A stretch of 61,108 nt of DNA, from contig CAYFHK010000001.1 of NCBI GenBank assembly GCA_964342585.1, positions 1-61,108 on the forward strand. The letters run 5' to 3'. Both the position numbers and the translations under genes were made by a program. The first letter of the stretch is position 1. Each line of letters begins with the position of its first letter. The notes under the pieces are model-generated. The model saw only the letters and a list, made by a program, of their open reading frames with translations. It did no database searches and was not told the origin of the DNA. The stretch comes from an uncultured Caulobacterales bacterium. GTDB taxonomy: Bacteria > Pseudomonadota > Alphaproteobacteria > Caulobacterales > Parvularculaceae. Shown here one piece after another: positions 1-9,142 of the stretch.

Positions 1-27
1 GCAAGCCGTTGCGCAGGCCCCGCCGCC

Positions 28-459
28 TCAGACAGCGGCGATATAACTTTTCAGGGCTTCGGCTTCGCCTACAGCCTCGCGGATACGGTATTTCACCACG
101 TCGCCAATCGACACCATGCCAACCAGTCGCTCTCCATCGACGACCGGCAAATGTCGGCAGCGCTTGGCCGTCATGACATCCAACAATTCGTCCACCGACG
201 CATCAGGGCTTGCGGTGAAGACCCGCGCCGTCATGACGTCCTTCACTTTGGTTTCGCGGAAGCCCTTCGGGGCGCCGTCCAAAACGCGGATCACATCCCG
301 CTCAGACAGAATACCGGCCAATTGACCACCACGGCCAAGAACCAGCACCGCACCGATATTGTGCGATGAAAGCGTACTGATCGCGTGATCGAGGCTTTCC
401 TCCGGCCCGATCGCGATCACTTCGCCGCCTTTGGCATCTAAGATATCCCGTGCGCGCAC
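28..459 (-). CDS. CBS-domain (tandem CBS pair) protein
   Basis: Motifs IGAVLV..GILSERD and RHLPVVD..GMVSIGDVVK. Start moved to GTG at 459, which lies 5 nt from a GGAGG SD (465-469). Confidence 0.9.
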   Translation of the reverse strand: MRARDILDAKGGEVIAIGPEESLDHAISTLSSHNIGAVLVLGRGGQLAGILSERDVIRVLDGAPKGFRETKVKDVMTARVFTASPDASVDELLDVMTAKRCRHLPVVDGERLVGMVSIGDVVKYRIREAVGEAEALKSYIAAV

Positions 460-589
460 AGGCACCTCCCTTGGTTATTGGGGCCTGCTTCCGCCACGAC
501 GCGGGGCGCGGCCCCGATTTTTAGGATCGAAGCGTGACTCGGAGTCGCAACGACTGCAAGAGTTCAGACCAGTGATAATGAAGATCGGT

Positions 590-1372
590 TTAAAAGCGGA
601 TGCTGGGACGACGCACCATCGCATCAAACACTGGGAAAGCCAGCAAGCCGAAAAGATAGCCCCCAATATGGGCTTCCCATGCGATGTTGAGAGGCTCGCC
701 AAAGCCAGCTGCACTCAGCGCGGTCATCAAATTCACGCCGATATAAATGGCACTGGCCGCCAAAACGGGCCGCGCGGTGATCGGCGACAAGCCGCCGATC
801 GCCACCGGGAAGCCTGTAAATGGCCTGAAGGCGAATCGCATTGCCGCCCCCATAAGACCTGAAATCGCGCCAGATGCCCCGATCAGAAGGACCGGCGATT
901 GCGGCTGCATGACGAAAAAGAAGGTCGCGCCGGCAATCCCGCTAGCGAGGAAAAACGCGAGGAAGACCGTCGTATTGATGATCCGGCTGCGACCACTGCT
1001 GCTCTCCAAACACATTCGATTCGCAACCCCAGCCCCAAAAATGGCCATCCACAGAGCGTTGAAGACCAAATGCTGAACGCTCCCGTGGAGGAAGATATGC
1101 CCGATAAAAGGCACCAGGAGGCCAAGAAGCCCCTCCTGCGCCGCGAACTCGCTATTGAACCGCAATGGGATGAACGCGAGCGCGATCTCAAATCGGCGCT
1201 GCGGCACACCGGGCAGTAGCACCTGCACGGCAAACATCGCCACCATCACGAAGATTAACCCCGAGATGAGCCCCGGCACGTGGATGAACGGCCCCCCGCC
1301 GGGTCTTGGCCCTTGCGAGAGTCCCAGCCTTTCGGTGAAGCTTCGCGGCGGCGCGTTCGCAGAATCGGACAT
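590..1372 (-). CDS. Rhomboid-family intramembrane serine protease
   Basis: HIFLHG..HLVFN, catalytic GASGA and AWEAHIGG motifs; multiple TM helices. Confidence 0.92.
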   Translation of the reverse strand: MSDSANAPPRSFTERLGLSQGPRPGGGPFIHVPGLISGLIFVMVAMFAVQVLLPGVPQRRFEIALAFIPLRFNSEFAAQEGLLGLLVPFIGHIFLHGSVQHLVFNALWMAIFGAGVANRMCLESSSGRSRIINTTVFLAFFLASGIAGATFFFVMQPQSPVLLIGASGAISGLMGAAMRFAFRPFTGFPVAIGGLSPITARPVLAASAIYIGVNLMTALSAAGFGEPLNIAWEAHIGGYLFGLLAFPVFDAMVRRPSIRF

Positions 1373-1554
1373 GGCCTATATCTCGGCCACCCTTCGCCCC
1401 GCGTCTATCCCCAAAACGGGACTGGGACCTAAACGCCCATAAAAGCGGCCAATTTTCCGATCATCTCTGGGACAACGTCTCCCGTTCTAAGACTTTTTTC
1501 ACAGCCCCTCGCGTACACCTAACCGAACCAAAGGGTGCCCAGAGACCGTATCGG

Positions 1555-2163
1555 ATGACCTCGCTTCCGCTGAACGCACGCATTAGGCAATTGATTGATG
1601 AGACGATGCCCGCCGCGGATCCGCGGCGGCATAAGCGCTCACGCCTGACGCTGAGCGTTCACTTCGTCTTGCCCGATGGTGAGGAACGCGAAAGCGTCAT
1701 CACGGATATCTCTCCTGGTGGCGCCTTTGTGCGCACGCGATGCGCCGCGGTAGTGGCAGACCCGATCAGCCTACGCATCGAAAAGCTTGGGCATTTCGAA
1801 GGGGTTGTCGCACGGGTCGATGCGCGCGGTCTCGGCGTTGAATTCAGCCATTCTCGCTCTCGAGCAGCGCATATGGCAGACGCGCTCACCTGGCTGATCA
1901 ATGGCGGCGATGACAGCCCTGAGCGCCGGCGCGATGACAGATTCCCGCAGGAGCGCTCAACCCTGCTTGTGGACCCCAACGGCACCAGCCATCGGTGTCG
2001 CGTCTTGGACATCTCGGTTTCGGGGGCCTTCGTCGAGACAGCATTACGTCCACCAATCGGGTCAGAGGTCACCTTAGGACAACAATTTGCGACCGTGGTT
2101 CGGCACGAAAGCAGCGGGATTGGCATCCGTTTTGAAAAAACAGAAGCAAATCGAAGCGGGTAG
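1555..2163 (+). CDS. Tandem (double) PilZ-domain c-di-GMP receptor
   Basis: Two intact RxxxR / DxSxxG motif pairs: RRHKR..DISPGG and RRDDR..DISVSG. Alternative start ATG at 1606. Confidence 0.88.
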   Translation: MTSLPLNARIRQLIDETMPAADPRRHKRSRLTLSVHFVLPDGEERESVITDISPGGAFVRTRCAAVVADPISLRIEKLGHFEGVVARVDARGLGVEFSHSRSRAAHMADALTWLINGGDDSPERRRDDRFPQERSTLLVDPNGTSHRCRVLDISVSGAFVETALRPPIGSEVTLGQQFATVVRHESSGIGIRFEKTEANRSG

Positions 2164-2165
2164 GA

Positions 2166-2708
2166 ATGCACGACATGCTGGCAACGGATAATTGGTGCAT
2201 TAAGGTCGAAGACAAGGTCTACGGCCCATACACAAACGACCAGATGACCCATTTCGCGACGGAGGGGCGTCTGTCTTTACGGTCGCTTGTCTCACCGGCG
2301 GGCGGCAAGATCTGGCGTGAGGCACGCCAATACCCGCCGCTCGCTGCGCTTTTCAACGATGAAACCCCCAAATCCCGCAGCTTCGGCAAGGCTTCACTGG
2401 GACACGCAAAGGAAATTGCTGAGGGCGAGACCTCCAATTTCGTTGTTATTTTCGATGTCACCAGCGGCGCCGCCGGCCGCGTTGAGAATATCATGCGGGG
2501 GCTTGGTCCCTCCTACCGCATCGCCGATAACGTTTGGGTCGTCTCAACGGCCCAGTCCGCTTTGGGCGTCAAGAATGCCATCTCGCCGCAATTGGACGTG
2601 CGCGAACCGATTTTTGTCGTCGATTGTGGACGCGGGCGCACCTCGTGGCAAAATTTTGTGCCCGAGCTGCATGCCAAGCTCACGAAAACCTATGTGAAGG
2701 CGCACTAG
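2166..2708 (+). CDS. GYF_2/DUF4339-domain protein with a C-terminal ferredoxin-like (Cas2/VapD-like) domain
   Basis: N-terminal W..V..VYGPY..M..F..GRL..SLV..W pattern; C-terminal FVVIFDV..WVVST..IFVVD..W. Starts 2 nt after the PilZ stop. Confidence 0.65.
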   Translation: MHDMLATDNWCIKVEDKVYGPYTNDQMTHFATEGRLSLRSLVSPAGGKIWREARQYPPLAALFNDETPKSRSFGKASLGHAKEIAEGETSNFVVIFDVTSGAAGRVENIMRGLGPSYRIADNVWVVSTAQSALGVKNAISPQLDVREPIFVVDCGRGRTSWQNFVPELHAKLTKTYVKAH

Positions 2709-2765
2709 TCTGCGTTTGAACACGCGCTTGGCCGTTCTTTGCGGCATGTGATAAGCGCTCTTACT

Positions 2766-3479
2766 ATGCCGACAGATCTTGAGCGCCCCGCCGACAGCGA
2801 AGTCGGTGACGACATTCCGCACATCCTCGTTGTTGATGACGATGATAAGATCCGTAGGCTGTTGGCCCGCTATCTGCGCGAAAATGGCTTCTTAGCGAGT
2901 GTTGCCGCGGAGGCGAGCGCTGCAGAGCATCTGATGGGATGCATGAGCTTCGATGCCCTCGTTGTGGATGTCATGATGCCGGGAGAAAATGGCGTCGATT
3001 TCACAAGGCGTCTTCGCAATGCCTCAGATTTGCCTATCCTCCTGCTGACGGCGCGGGGCCAGCCCGAGGATCGGATCGAGGGGCTTGAGGCGGGGGCGGA
3101 TGATTATCTCCCGAAACCTTTCGAACCGCGTGAGCTTGTGCTGCGGCTCGAACGGTTGCTGACCCGGCGGAGCTACAATCCGCGGACGGAAACACTCAGC
3201 TTTGGGCCGAACGTGTTCAATCCCCGCCGCGGCGAGCTCAAGCGCCATGGCGAGATGATCAAGCTCACCACCGCAGAACTTGCCCTTTTGCGAACCTTGA
3301 CGGCCAAGCCCGGTGCCCCCTTCTCCCGCGCGGTCTTAGCGGAGCGGACCGGCAGCGGCTTTGATCGCTCGATCGACGTTCAGGTCACCCGGCTTCGCCG
3401 CAAAATCGAAGACGATCCGCGGATGCCGGTATATCTGCAAACCGTGCGCGGCGTCGGCTACGTCCTTGTCGTGGATTAA
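2766..3479 (+). CDS. OmpR-family DNA-binding response regulator
   Basis: ILVVDDD, VDVMMPG, GADDYLPKPF and RSIDVQVTRLRRKIEDDP..TVRGVGY. ATG at 2766 chosen as start. Confidence 0.95.
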   Translation: MPTDLERPADSEVGDDIPHILVVDDDDKIRRLLARYLRENGFLASVAAEASAAEHLMGCMSFDALVVDVMMPGENGVDFTRRLRNASDLPILLLTARGQPEDRIEGLEAGADDYLPKPFEPRELVLRLERLLTRRSYNPRTETLSFGPNVFNPRRGELKRHGEMIKLTTAELALLRTLTAKPGAPFSRAVLAERTGSGFDRSIDVQVTRLRRKIEDDPRMPVYLQTVRGVGYVLVVD

Positions 3480-3482
3480 GTC

Positions 3483-4802
3483 GTGCTCAAACGGTTTGCC
3501 CCCAAGAGCCTATACGGACGCACGATATTGATCGTGGTGCTGCCGATTTTCTTGATGCAATCGGTCGTCACTTACATCTTCTTCAATCGTCATTGGGAAG
3601 AAGTCACCGCAAGCCTTGCAAAAAGCACCGCGAGCGATCTGGGGCTGCTAACGCTTCACTGGGTCTCCCGCGCGGATGCGGTCGAGCGCGCCACATTGAT
3701 CACTGATGCGCGAGCAGAGCTGGAGGTGGAAATGGCTTTCGTGCCTTCGGGCCAAATTCCGACCGAAGACCAGCGATCCATTTTCAATGCCTTGAACCGA
3801 ACACTCGATCGCGAACTCGATTGGTCGCTCGATTATCCGTATTGGTACAATACGACAGGTTTTGATGATGAGGTCGAGGTCAGGGTGCAACTGCCCGATG
3901 GCTACCTCCGCTACAACGTCGCGCGCGATCGGGTTGTGGCACGAAACGGGCACTTCTTCGTCCTCTGGCTGATGGGAGCCACCCTCCTATTGGGCTACAT
4001 TGCCCTGATCTTTTTGCGCAATCAGGTCCGGTCGATCACCCGATTGGCTGCCGCCGCAGAGGCCTTCGGGCGTGGCGAAGATGTGCGTGATTTCAAACCG
4101 TCAGGCGCGCGCGAAGTTCGGCAGGCGGGCCACGCCTTCATCGCGATGCGGGCGCGAATCAGACGGTTTCTTGAACAGCGGACAGAGATGCTCGCAGGCG
4201 TGAGCCATGATCTCAAAACGCCGCTCACACGGATGAAATTGAATCTCGCTTTGCAGCCAGAAAGCGAAGACGTCGCCGATCTTAAAAGCGACATCGCCGA
4301 GATGGAGCGCTTACTCGAGGATTATCTGACATTTGCGCGGGCCGAAGCCGCCGCCGGGCGTGAGGAGATCGATCTTCGCGCGCTCGCCGATGCCCTCGCC
4401 CACGATGCGGCACGGGTCGATCGCGCACTTCAAACCGACATTCCGCCTGGTGCCACGCTTCACGCGCAACGGGGCCTTATTGTTCGTGCGTTGAACAATC
4501 TCATCGACAATGGCTTTAAGTTTGGCGACCGCGTGTGGCTTTCCGCGACGATTGAGGATGGCACTTCGAGATTATACGTGGACGATAACGGCCCTGGTAT
4601 TCCGGAAGACCAACGCGACGCCGCCGTGAAGGCGTTCAACCGGCTCGACCATGCGCGCAATTCGAACTTGCCGGGTTCGGGGCTTGGTTTGGCCATCGTG
4701 CGCGATGTCGCCCGTGCCCATGGCGGCGCGCTTGTTCTCGAAAGTTCACCGCAGGGCGGCTTGCGGGCGGTCATGACCATTCCGCAAGCGCAGCCGAGCT
4801 AA
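3483..4802 (+). CDS. EnvZ-like sensor histidine kinase (TM-HAMP-HisKA-HATPase)
   Basis: H-box SHDLKTPL, N-box NLIDNG, G-boxes DNGPGI and GSGLGL; directly follows the response regulator. Confidence 0.95.
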   Translation: MLKRFAPKSLYGRTILIVVLPIFLMQSVVTYIFFNRHWEEVTASLAKSTASDLGLLTLHWVSRADAVERATLITDARAELEVEMAFVPSGQIPTEDQRSIFNALNRTLDRELDWSLDYPYWYNTTGFDDEVEVRVQLPDGYLRYNVARDRVVARNGHFFVLWLMGATLLLGYIALIFLRNQVRSITRLAAAAEAFGRGEDVRDFKPSGAREVRQAGHAFIAMRARIRRFLEQRTEMLAGVSHDLKTPLTRMKLNLALQPESEDVADLKSDIAEMERLLEDYLTFARAEAAAGREEIDLRALADALAHDAARVDRALQTDIPPGATLHAQRGLIVRALNNLIDNGFKFGDRVWLSATIEDGTSRLYVDDNGPGIPEDQRDAAVKAFNRLDHARNSNLPGSGLGLAIVRDVARAHGGALVLESSPQGGLRAVMTIPQAQPS

Positions 4803-4820
4803 GTCGTCCGGCAGTGGCCC

Positions 4821-6236
4821 TTACTGCCAGGCCTGCAGACGCGCATCCTCATCGATGAGATAGAGACGACCATCGGCGATAACTGGCGGGATCGTCGAGC
4901 CCGCGGGCATTTTATACTCCGCCAGCGTCGCGCCGTTCTTTGGAGAGACCTGGATGATCTTGCCCGCAGAAGACGTGAGGATCAGCGCATTCCCAGCAAG
5001 GATTGGCCCCGACCAAGTGATCGGCTTCTTGTTCTTCTTCATGTTCTCATAGCCATCGAGCTGGCGCAGCCAGACCACCGCGCCGTCTTCGCGGGAGAAG
5101 GCGACCAATTCGGAATCGATGGACACCATGAACACGTAATCGCCCGACACCCACGGCATATTCAGGCCGCCAACGCCCTTCTCCCAGGCGATCCGGCCGG
5201 TGCGGCTGTCGATCGCGCTGATCTGTCCGGCATGGCTGACAGCGAAAATGGCGCCGCGGTCGATCACGGGACTGCCGGCAATGTCGTTCAAATTCGACAG
5301 TGCGTTTAACCGCGAAGACCGGCCAATGGTGGTTGACCACAAGAAGCGGCCATTCTCCGCGTCCAACGCAACGACCTCACCGGACGAGAACGGAATGATC
5401 GCCATGTCGCCATCAACGGCGACAGAGCCCGTGGACAAGAACCGCGCGACCTCTTCGAAGCTCTCATAGCTCCACGCTTGCTCGCCAGTCCGCTGATCGA
5501 GCGCAACGATCTGGTTCGACGTGGTCAGCGCATAAACGAGGCCGTTCACCGCCGTGGGGGGGTTTCGCACCGGCGCATCGAGATCTGTCTGCCACAGCAC
5601 TTCACCAGAGCTGGCATCCAGGGCCGCGGTGAACCCAAAGCCCGAGGTGACGAAGATGCGACCATCTTGGTACGCGACGCCGCCGCCAAAGCCCACTTCG
5701 CTCGGATCAATCTTATTCAGACCAAACCATTTGAAGCCATCGCCTTGCAAATCCGGTGTGAGCGCACGGCGCCATTTTTCATCGCCGCTGATGGCGTCGA
5801 AGGCTGAGACGGTCGCCGTGGTATCGACAGTGTACACGGTATTCTGCGCGACGACCGGCGGCGCCGTCAGAGGCGACCGCATGTCACCGCCCTCACCCAC
5901 TTTTGCCCGCCAGGCGAGATCGAACGCATCAGGCCCGGAAAGATGGTGCATCACGTGATCGGGCTCACCACCCGGCTGCGCCCAATCGGCGTTTGCAAAG
6001 GCGGGCGGGATCGAGAGGTCCTCACCGAAGAACCGCAAATCGGGCACCAGCTCTTCTTTCAGCGCCAACACCGCAATGCGGTCATCATCGGCCTCGGTCT
6101 CCGCCGTCGATGCCACTTCCTCGGGGTCATCGCCGCCGCGCCCGAAAACGCCGCCGACCGTGCCGCAGGCGGAGAGCCCGACAGCTGCGGCGCTGAGAAT
6201 GAGGAATGACGAGAGGTGCCAAGGGTGACGGGCCAT
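4821..6236 (-). CDS. bamB: BamB-like PQQ-repeat beta-propeller outer-membrane lipoprotein
   Basis: Lipobox GLSAC, repeated ALDA..G..W propeller motifs, downstream of yfgM. Confidence 0.85.
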   Translation of the reverse strand: MARHPWHLSSFLILSAAAVGLSACGTVGGVFGRGGDDPEEVASTAETEADDDRIAVLALKEELVPDLRFFGEDLSIPPAFANADWAQPGGEPDHVMHHLSGPDAFDLAWRAKVGEGGDMRSPLTAPPVVAQNTVYTVDTTATVSAFDAISGDEKWRRALTPDLQGDGFKWFGLNKIDPSEVGFGGGVAYQDGRIFVTSGFGFTAALDASSGEVLWQTDLDAPVRNPPTAVNGLVYALTTSNQIVALDQRTGEQAWSYESFEEVARFLSTGSVAVDGDMAIIPFSSGEVVALDAENGRFLWSTTIGRSSRLNALSNLNDIAGSPVIDRGAIFAVSHAGQISAIDSRTGRIAWEKGVGGLNMPWVSGDYVFMVSIDSELVAFSREDGAVVWLRQLDGYENMKKNKKPITWSGPILAGNALILTSSAGKIIQVSPKNGATLAEYKMPAGSTIPPVIADGRLYLIDEDARLQAWQ

Positions 6237-6313
6237 GAAAACTCCTTGTCCCCGACCATCGGGACATCCGTGTGGTTATCGCAATGGCGATCGCAACGCG
6301 ACTTATAAACGGT

Positions 6314-7090
6314 TTATTCCTCTGCGTCGTCTGTCGGCGCCGTGTCCGCTTCCGTGGGGACTTGCTGAGGCTGCGTCAGACCACGGGTCAGCTCATTGAG
6401 AACATCAGCCGTGGCATTTGCCTCCGGCTCCAATGCGATGCCGCGGCGGCCCGCGTCAGCGACGGTGAGCAGATATTGGGCGCGCGCCGCCACGGAGCTT
6501 GGCGCATCCGGATCAGCGACCAACGCTTCGAGCTGGCTAGCGGCAACGTCATAATCACCGGTTTCGAGGGTAATCGTCGCAATCAATTCTTCGGCATAAG
6601 GCCGCAGCGCTGGCGTGCTGACCGCCTCTGCCACGTCCACAGCTTCTTGCGTTGACGTGCCCGCAAGAAGATAGGCGGCCCGCAACCGCGCAAAATCGGT
6701 AAATCGCGTTGGCAGACCTGATTGATTGTACGCAGATTGATAAGCGGCAATTGCGCCCGTGGTGTCGCCAGCGGCCGCCTTCAAACTTGCCTGCCGCAGC
6801 AGGGAAAGACCGCGATAGCCGCCATCCACCTCATCGAGAATGGCTTCGATCGCAGCCGTCGCCTCATCTGGCGCTGCCGCGTCGCTAACCGCTTCGCGAT
6901 AGGTTTCCGCCGCCGCCGCACGATCACGGGCAACCAAACTACCGCGCACTTGATTGATCCCGACACCAATGACCGCCGCGAGTGCAACGGCACCAACCCA
7001 AGGGCCATACGTCTTGAAGAAGGCCAGTTGTCGGTCTTGCTGGAGTGTCTCGTCCACCTCACGCAGGAGGACGTCTTCATCGGTGGTCAT
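6314..7090 (-). CDS. yfgM: YfgM-like TPR membrane protein
   Basis: LLREVDE.LQQD..YG N-terminus, one TM helix, helical repeats; upstream of bamB. Confidence 0.8.
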   Translation of the reverse strand: MTTDEDVLLREVDETLQQDRQLAFFKTYGPWVGAVALAAVIGVGINQVRGSLVARDRAAAAETYREAVSDAAAPDEATAAIEAILDEVDGGYRGLSLLRQASLKAAAGDTTGAIAAYQSAYNQSGLPTRFTDFARLRAAYLLAGTSTQEAVDVAEAVSTPALRPYAEELIATITLETGDYDVAASQLEALVADPDAPSSVAARAQYLLTVADAGRRGIALEPEANATADVLNELTRGLTQPQQVPTEADTAPTDDAEE

Positions 7091-7187
7091 TGCGTACCCT
7101 ATCTACCCAAGACATCGCCCTAGCGGGCGCCGATCGCGCTGAGAAGGGGTGACACCAAGAGCGGCGTGGATTTGTCCCCGATGTGAC

Positions 7188-7263
7188 TGGCAGGGGCGGA
7201 GGGACTCGAACCCCCGGCCCTCGGTTTTGGAGACCGATGCTCTACCAACTGAGCTACACCCCT
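7188..7263 (-). tRNA. tRNA-Trp (CCA)
   Basis: Reverse complement reads AGGGGTGTAGCTCAGTTGGTAGAGCATCGGTCTCCAAAACCGAGGGCCGGGGGTTCGAGTCCCTCCGCCCCTGCCA: 76 nt cloverleaf, anticodon CCA, encoded CCA end. Confidence 0.98.
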
Positions 7264-7333
7264 ATGGCCAGGTCACACCGCTTAGGCGATTCCCCCAGCG
7301 CGCGCAATTGGATTTCCGACGCCTTTCGGCCGG

Positions 7334-7717
7334 TCAGCTGAGCGCGTAGAAAAATTCTTCGCGCACGATCTTCCCGTCTTTCACTGTGTATATCCCGACC
7401 TCTTGGGATTTTTGCCGATCCCCTGTCGCCTTCTCCGTGACATCCATGGAGAAAATCACGGCGAAGCGATCATCGCCGCAAAGAAACGGCCCTTCTGCGC
7501 TTGTCTCGTGGGCCTCGAAGGCACTGTTCCACCAATCGTGTTTGCCGCGGATGGCGTCGATGCCGACCGCATCGCGGCCCGCACCGGGCATCTCCAAAGC
7601 CTCCACCGAGACCGCGTCCGGCGCGTAGAGCTCTTCAAGGCCTTTGGCCTCGTTATTCGCCTGGCAATACGCCACCAGTTTTTCAGCGACGCTGATCAAT
7701 GCTGCATCAAATTCCAT
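7334..7717 (-). CDS. SnoaL-like / NTF2-family protein
   Basis: ELYAPDAVSVEA..GIDAIRGKH..YTVKDGKIVREEFFY. ATG at 7717 has a GAGGGA SD. Confidence 0.88.
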   Translation of the reverse strand: MEFDAALISVAEKLVAYCQANNEAKGLEELYAPDAVSVEALEMPGAGRDAVGIDAIRGKHDWWNSAFEAHETSAEGPFLCGDDRFAVIFSMDVTEKATGDRQKSQEVGIYTVKDGKIVREEFFYALS

Positions 7718-7801
7718 GATCGGTTCCCTCACGCCCTTACGGCAAGAAGGAACATTGCATGAACAGATATGAAGGAAAAGCGTCTTCTGCAGCTGACGCG
7801 G

Positions 7802-8254
7802 CTATGAAAGCAGCGTGTCTCGCGCCGCGTTGACCTTTGCAGCTAGGTAGGCGGATCCCCCTGCGTCGGGGTGCGCGGCGGCAATCATGCGCCGATGCGC
7901 CGCGACAATGTCTTCAGCTGTCGCCCCGCTCTCAAGACCCAAGACCGACAAGGCTTCGCGTCGATCCATTGCGTCAGGAGACGCGTGCGCTTTCGACCGC
8001 CATGTCGGCTCTTCCTCGAGCTCCGCATCAGGGTCACCGAGGAGCCGTGCCTTCACATATCCCATGAAATAGAGCCCCACACCGACCGCGAGGACAATCA
8101 GCCCCAAGGGCAAGAGCTTCCACGAGAAAAGCGCGCCCGCGAGCCCGGCAAAACACAATGCCTGAGACAGCCGACGATCCGCCGCGCTACGATGCCCGCC
8201 GGGGAGCGTGAAGAGCGCTGCACCCGCAGCGAGGAGAAGAAACAGCCAAGCCAT
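7802..8254 (-). CDS. Membrane-anchored J-domain (DnaJ-like) protein
   Basis: EALSVLGL..HPDAGGSAYLAAKVNAARD with N-terminal TM helices; the usual neighbour of mipZ. Confidence 0.9.
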   Translation of the reverse strand: MAWLFLLLAAGAALFTLPGGHRSAADRRLSQALCFAGLAGALFSWKLLPLGLIVLAVGVGLYFMGYVKARLLGDPDAELEEEPTWRSKAHASPDAMDRREALSVLGLESGATAEDIVAAHRRMIAAAHPDAGGSAYLAAKVNAARDTLLS

Positions 8255-8263
8255 GGCCTTTGT

Positions 8264-9142
8264 TTACGCAGCTTGGCGACGCTCCGGAAGAGCCGGCAAT
8301 CGCAGCCCTGAAAGAAAACCGCGCACCTCATTTCGGGCCGCGACGTGGCTCATCGCCCCAAACTTCCGCGGCGACTTCGGCGTGTGCAAGTCAAACAGCG
8401 TCATCCCGTTCTGAAAGAGCTCGCGGTAGATCACCCGTTCGCCAAACCCGCGGAGAAGCCGGAATTGGATGCGCGAAGAGAGGTCATCAAGACGCTCACC
8501 CATCGCGACCTTGTTGAGCGATCGGGTCGACTGAACCCGATTACGCAACACCACCCAGTCTATGCCGCCGGGAATTCCGGCCATGGCGCGCTTTTGCCGC
8601 GCTGACCAAACGAGTTCGGCATAGCGGCTCGGCCCCAGAATCCGCCCTGTGATGGGGTCGATCTGCGCCAACATATCAAAATCGACGAAGCTATCATTCA
8701 GCGGGGTGACGATTGTATCGGCGTGGGCGTGGGCCACGCGCGAGAGATGCGTGTCGGCGCCCGGTGTGTCGACCACGAGATAATCGCAATCTGAGAACGC
8801 GGCGAAAGTCCGCTCCAGCTCAGCTGTCTCCTGCTCACGGGCCCGGCTGCGGCTATCGTGCTGCGAGCCCGTGACGGGCAGGAAAGTTGGCATCGGCAAA
8901 ACATCCGTGCCGAGACCATGCTCAATGCCCCATTTTGCGCGGTTCTCGAGATATCGCCACAGACTTTTCTGGCGCAGGTCGAGGTCAATCGTCCCGACTT
9001 TGGCGCCGGACTTCAGCAGCGCGACCGTCAGATGCATGGCAACGGTGGTTTTGCCGGAGCCCCCCTTCTCATTGCCCACGATGATCACGTGGGTGCCGCG
9101 ATGAGGAGACGAGGAAAGGGTCGGCGCGGTCATGGTGCTCAT
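8264..9142 (-). CDS. mipZ: Division-plane positioning ATPase MipZ
   Basis: GNEKGGSGKTT, DLDLRQ, TPLNDSFVDFD, DWVVLRNR and ERVIYRELF motifs. ATG at 9142 overlaps the upstream TGA (ATGA). Confidence 0.95.
   Translation of the reverse strand: MSTMTAPTLSSSPHRGTHVIIVGNEKGGSGKTTVAMHLTVALLKSGAKVGTIDLDLRQKSLWRYLENRAKWGIEHGLGTDVLPMPTFLPVTGSQHDSRSRAREQETAELERTFAAFSDCDYLVVDTPGADTHLSRVAHAHADTIVTPLNDSFVDFDMLAQIDPITGRILGPSRYAELVWSARQKRAMAGIPGGIDWVVLRNRVQSTRSLNKVAMGERLDDLSSRIQFRLLRGFGERVIYRELFQNGMTLFDLHTPKSPRKFGAMSHVAARNEVRGFLSGLRLPALPERRQAA

Noticed and set aside
502-548. Short palindromes (CGGGGC..GCCCCG; GACTCGGAGTC) between the rhomboid and CBS genes
   Set aside because: Single short occurrences in GC-rich DNA; no function can be supported.
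2166-2708. CRISPR locus implied by the Cas2-like domain
   Set aside because: No repeat-spacer array and no other cas genes in the window.
7091-7333. tRNA-Trp as an island integration site
   Set aside because: No integrase, no duplicated tRNA 3' end seen, and the flanks are core genes.
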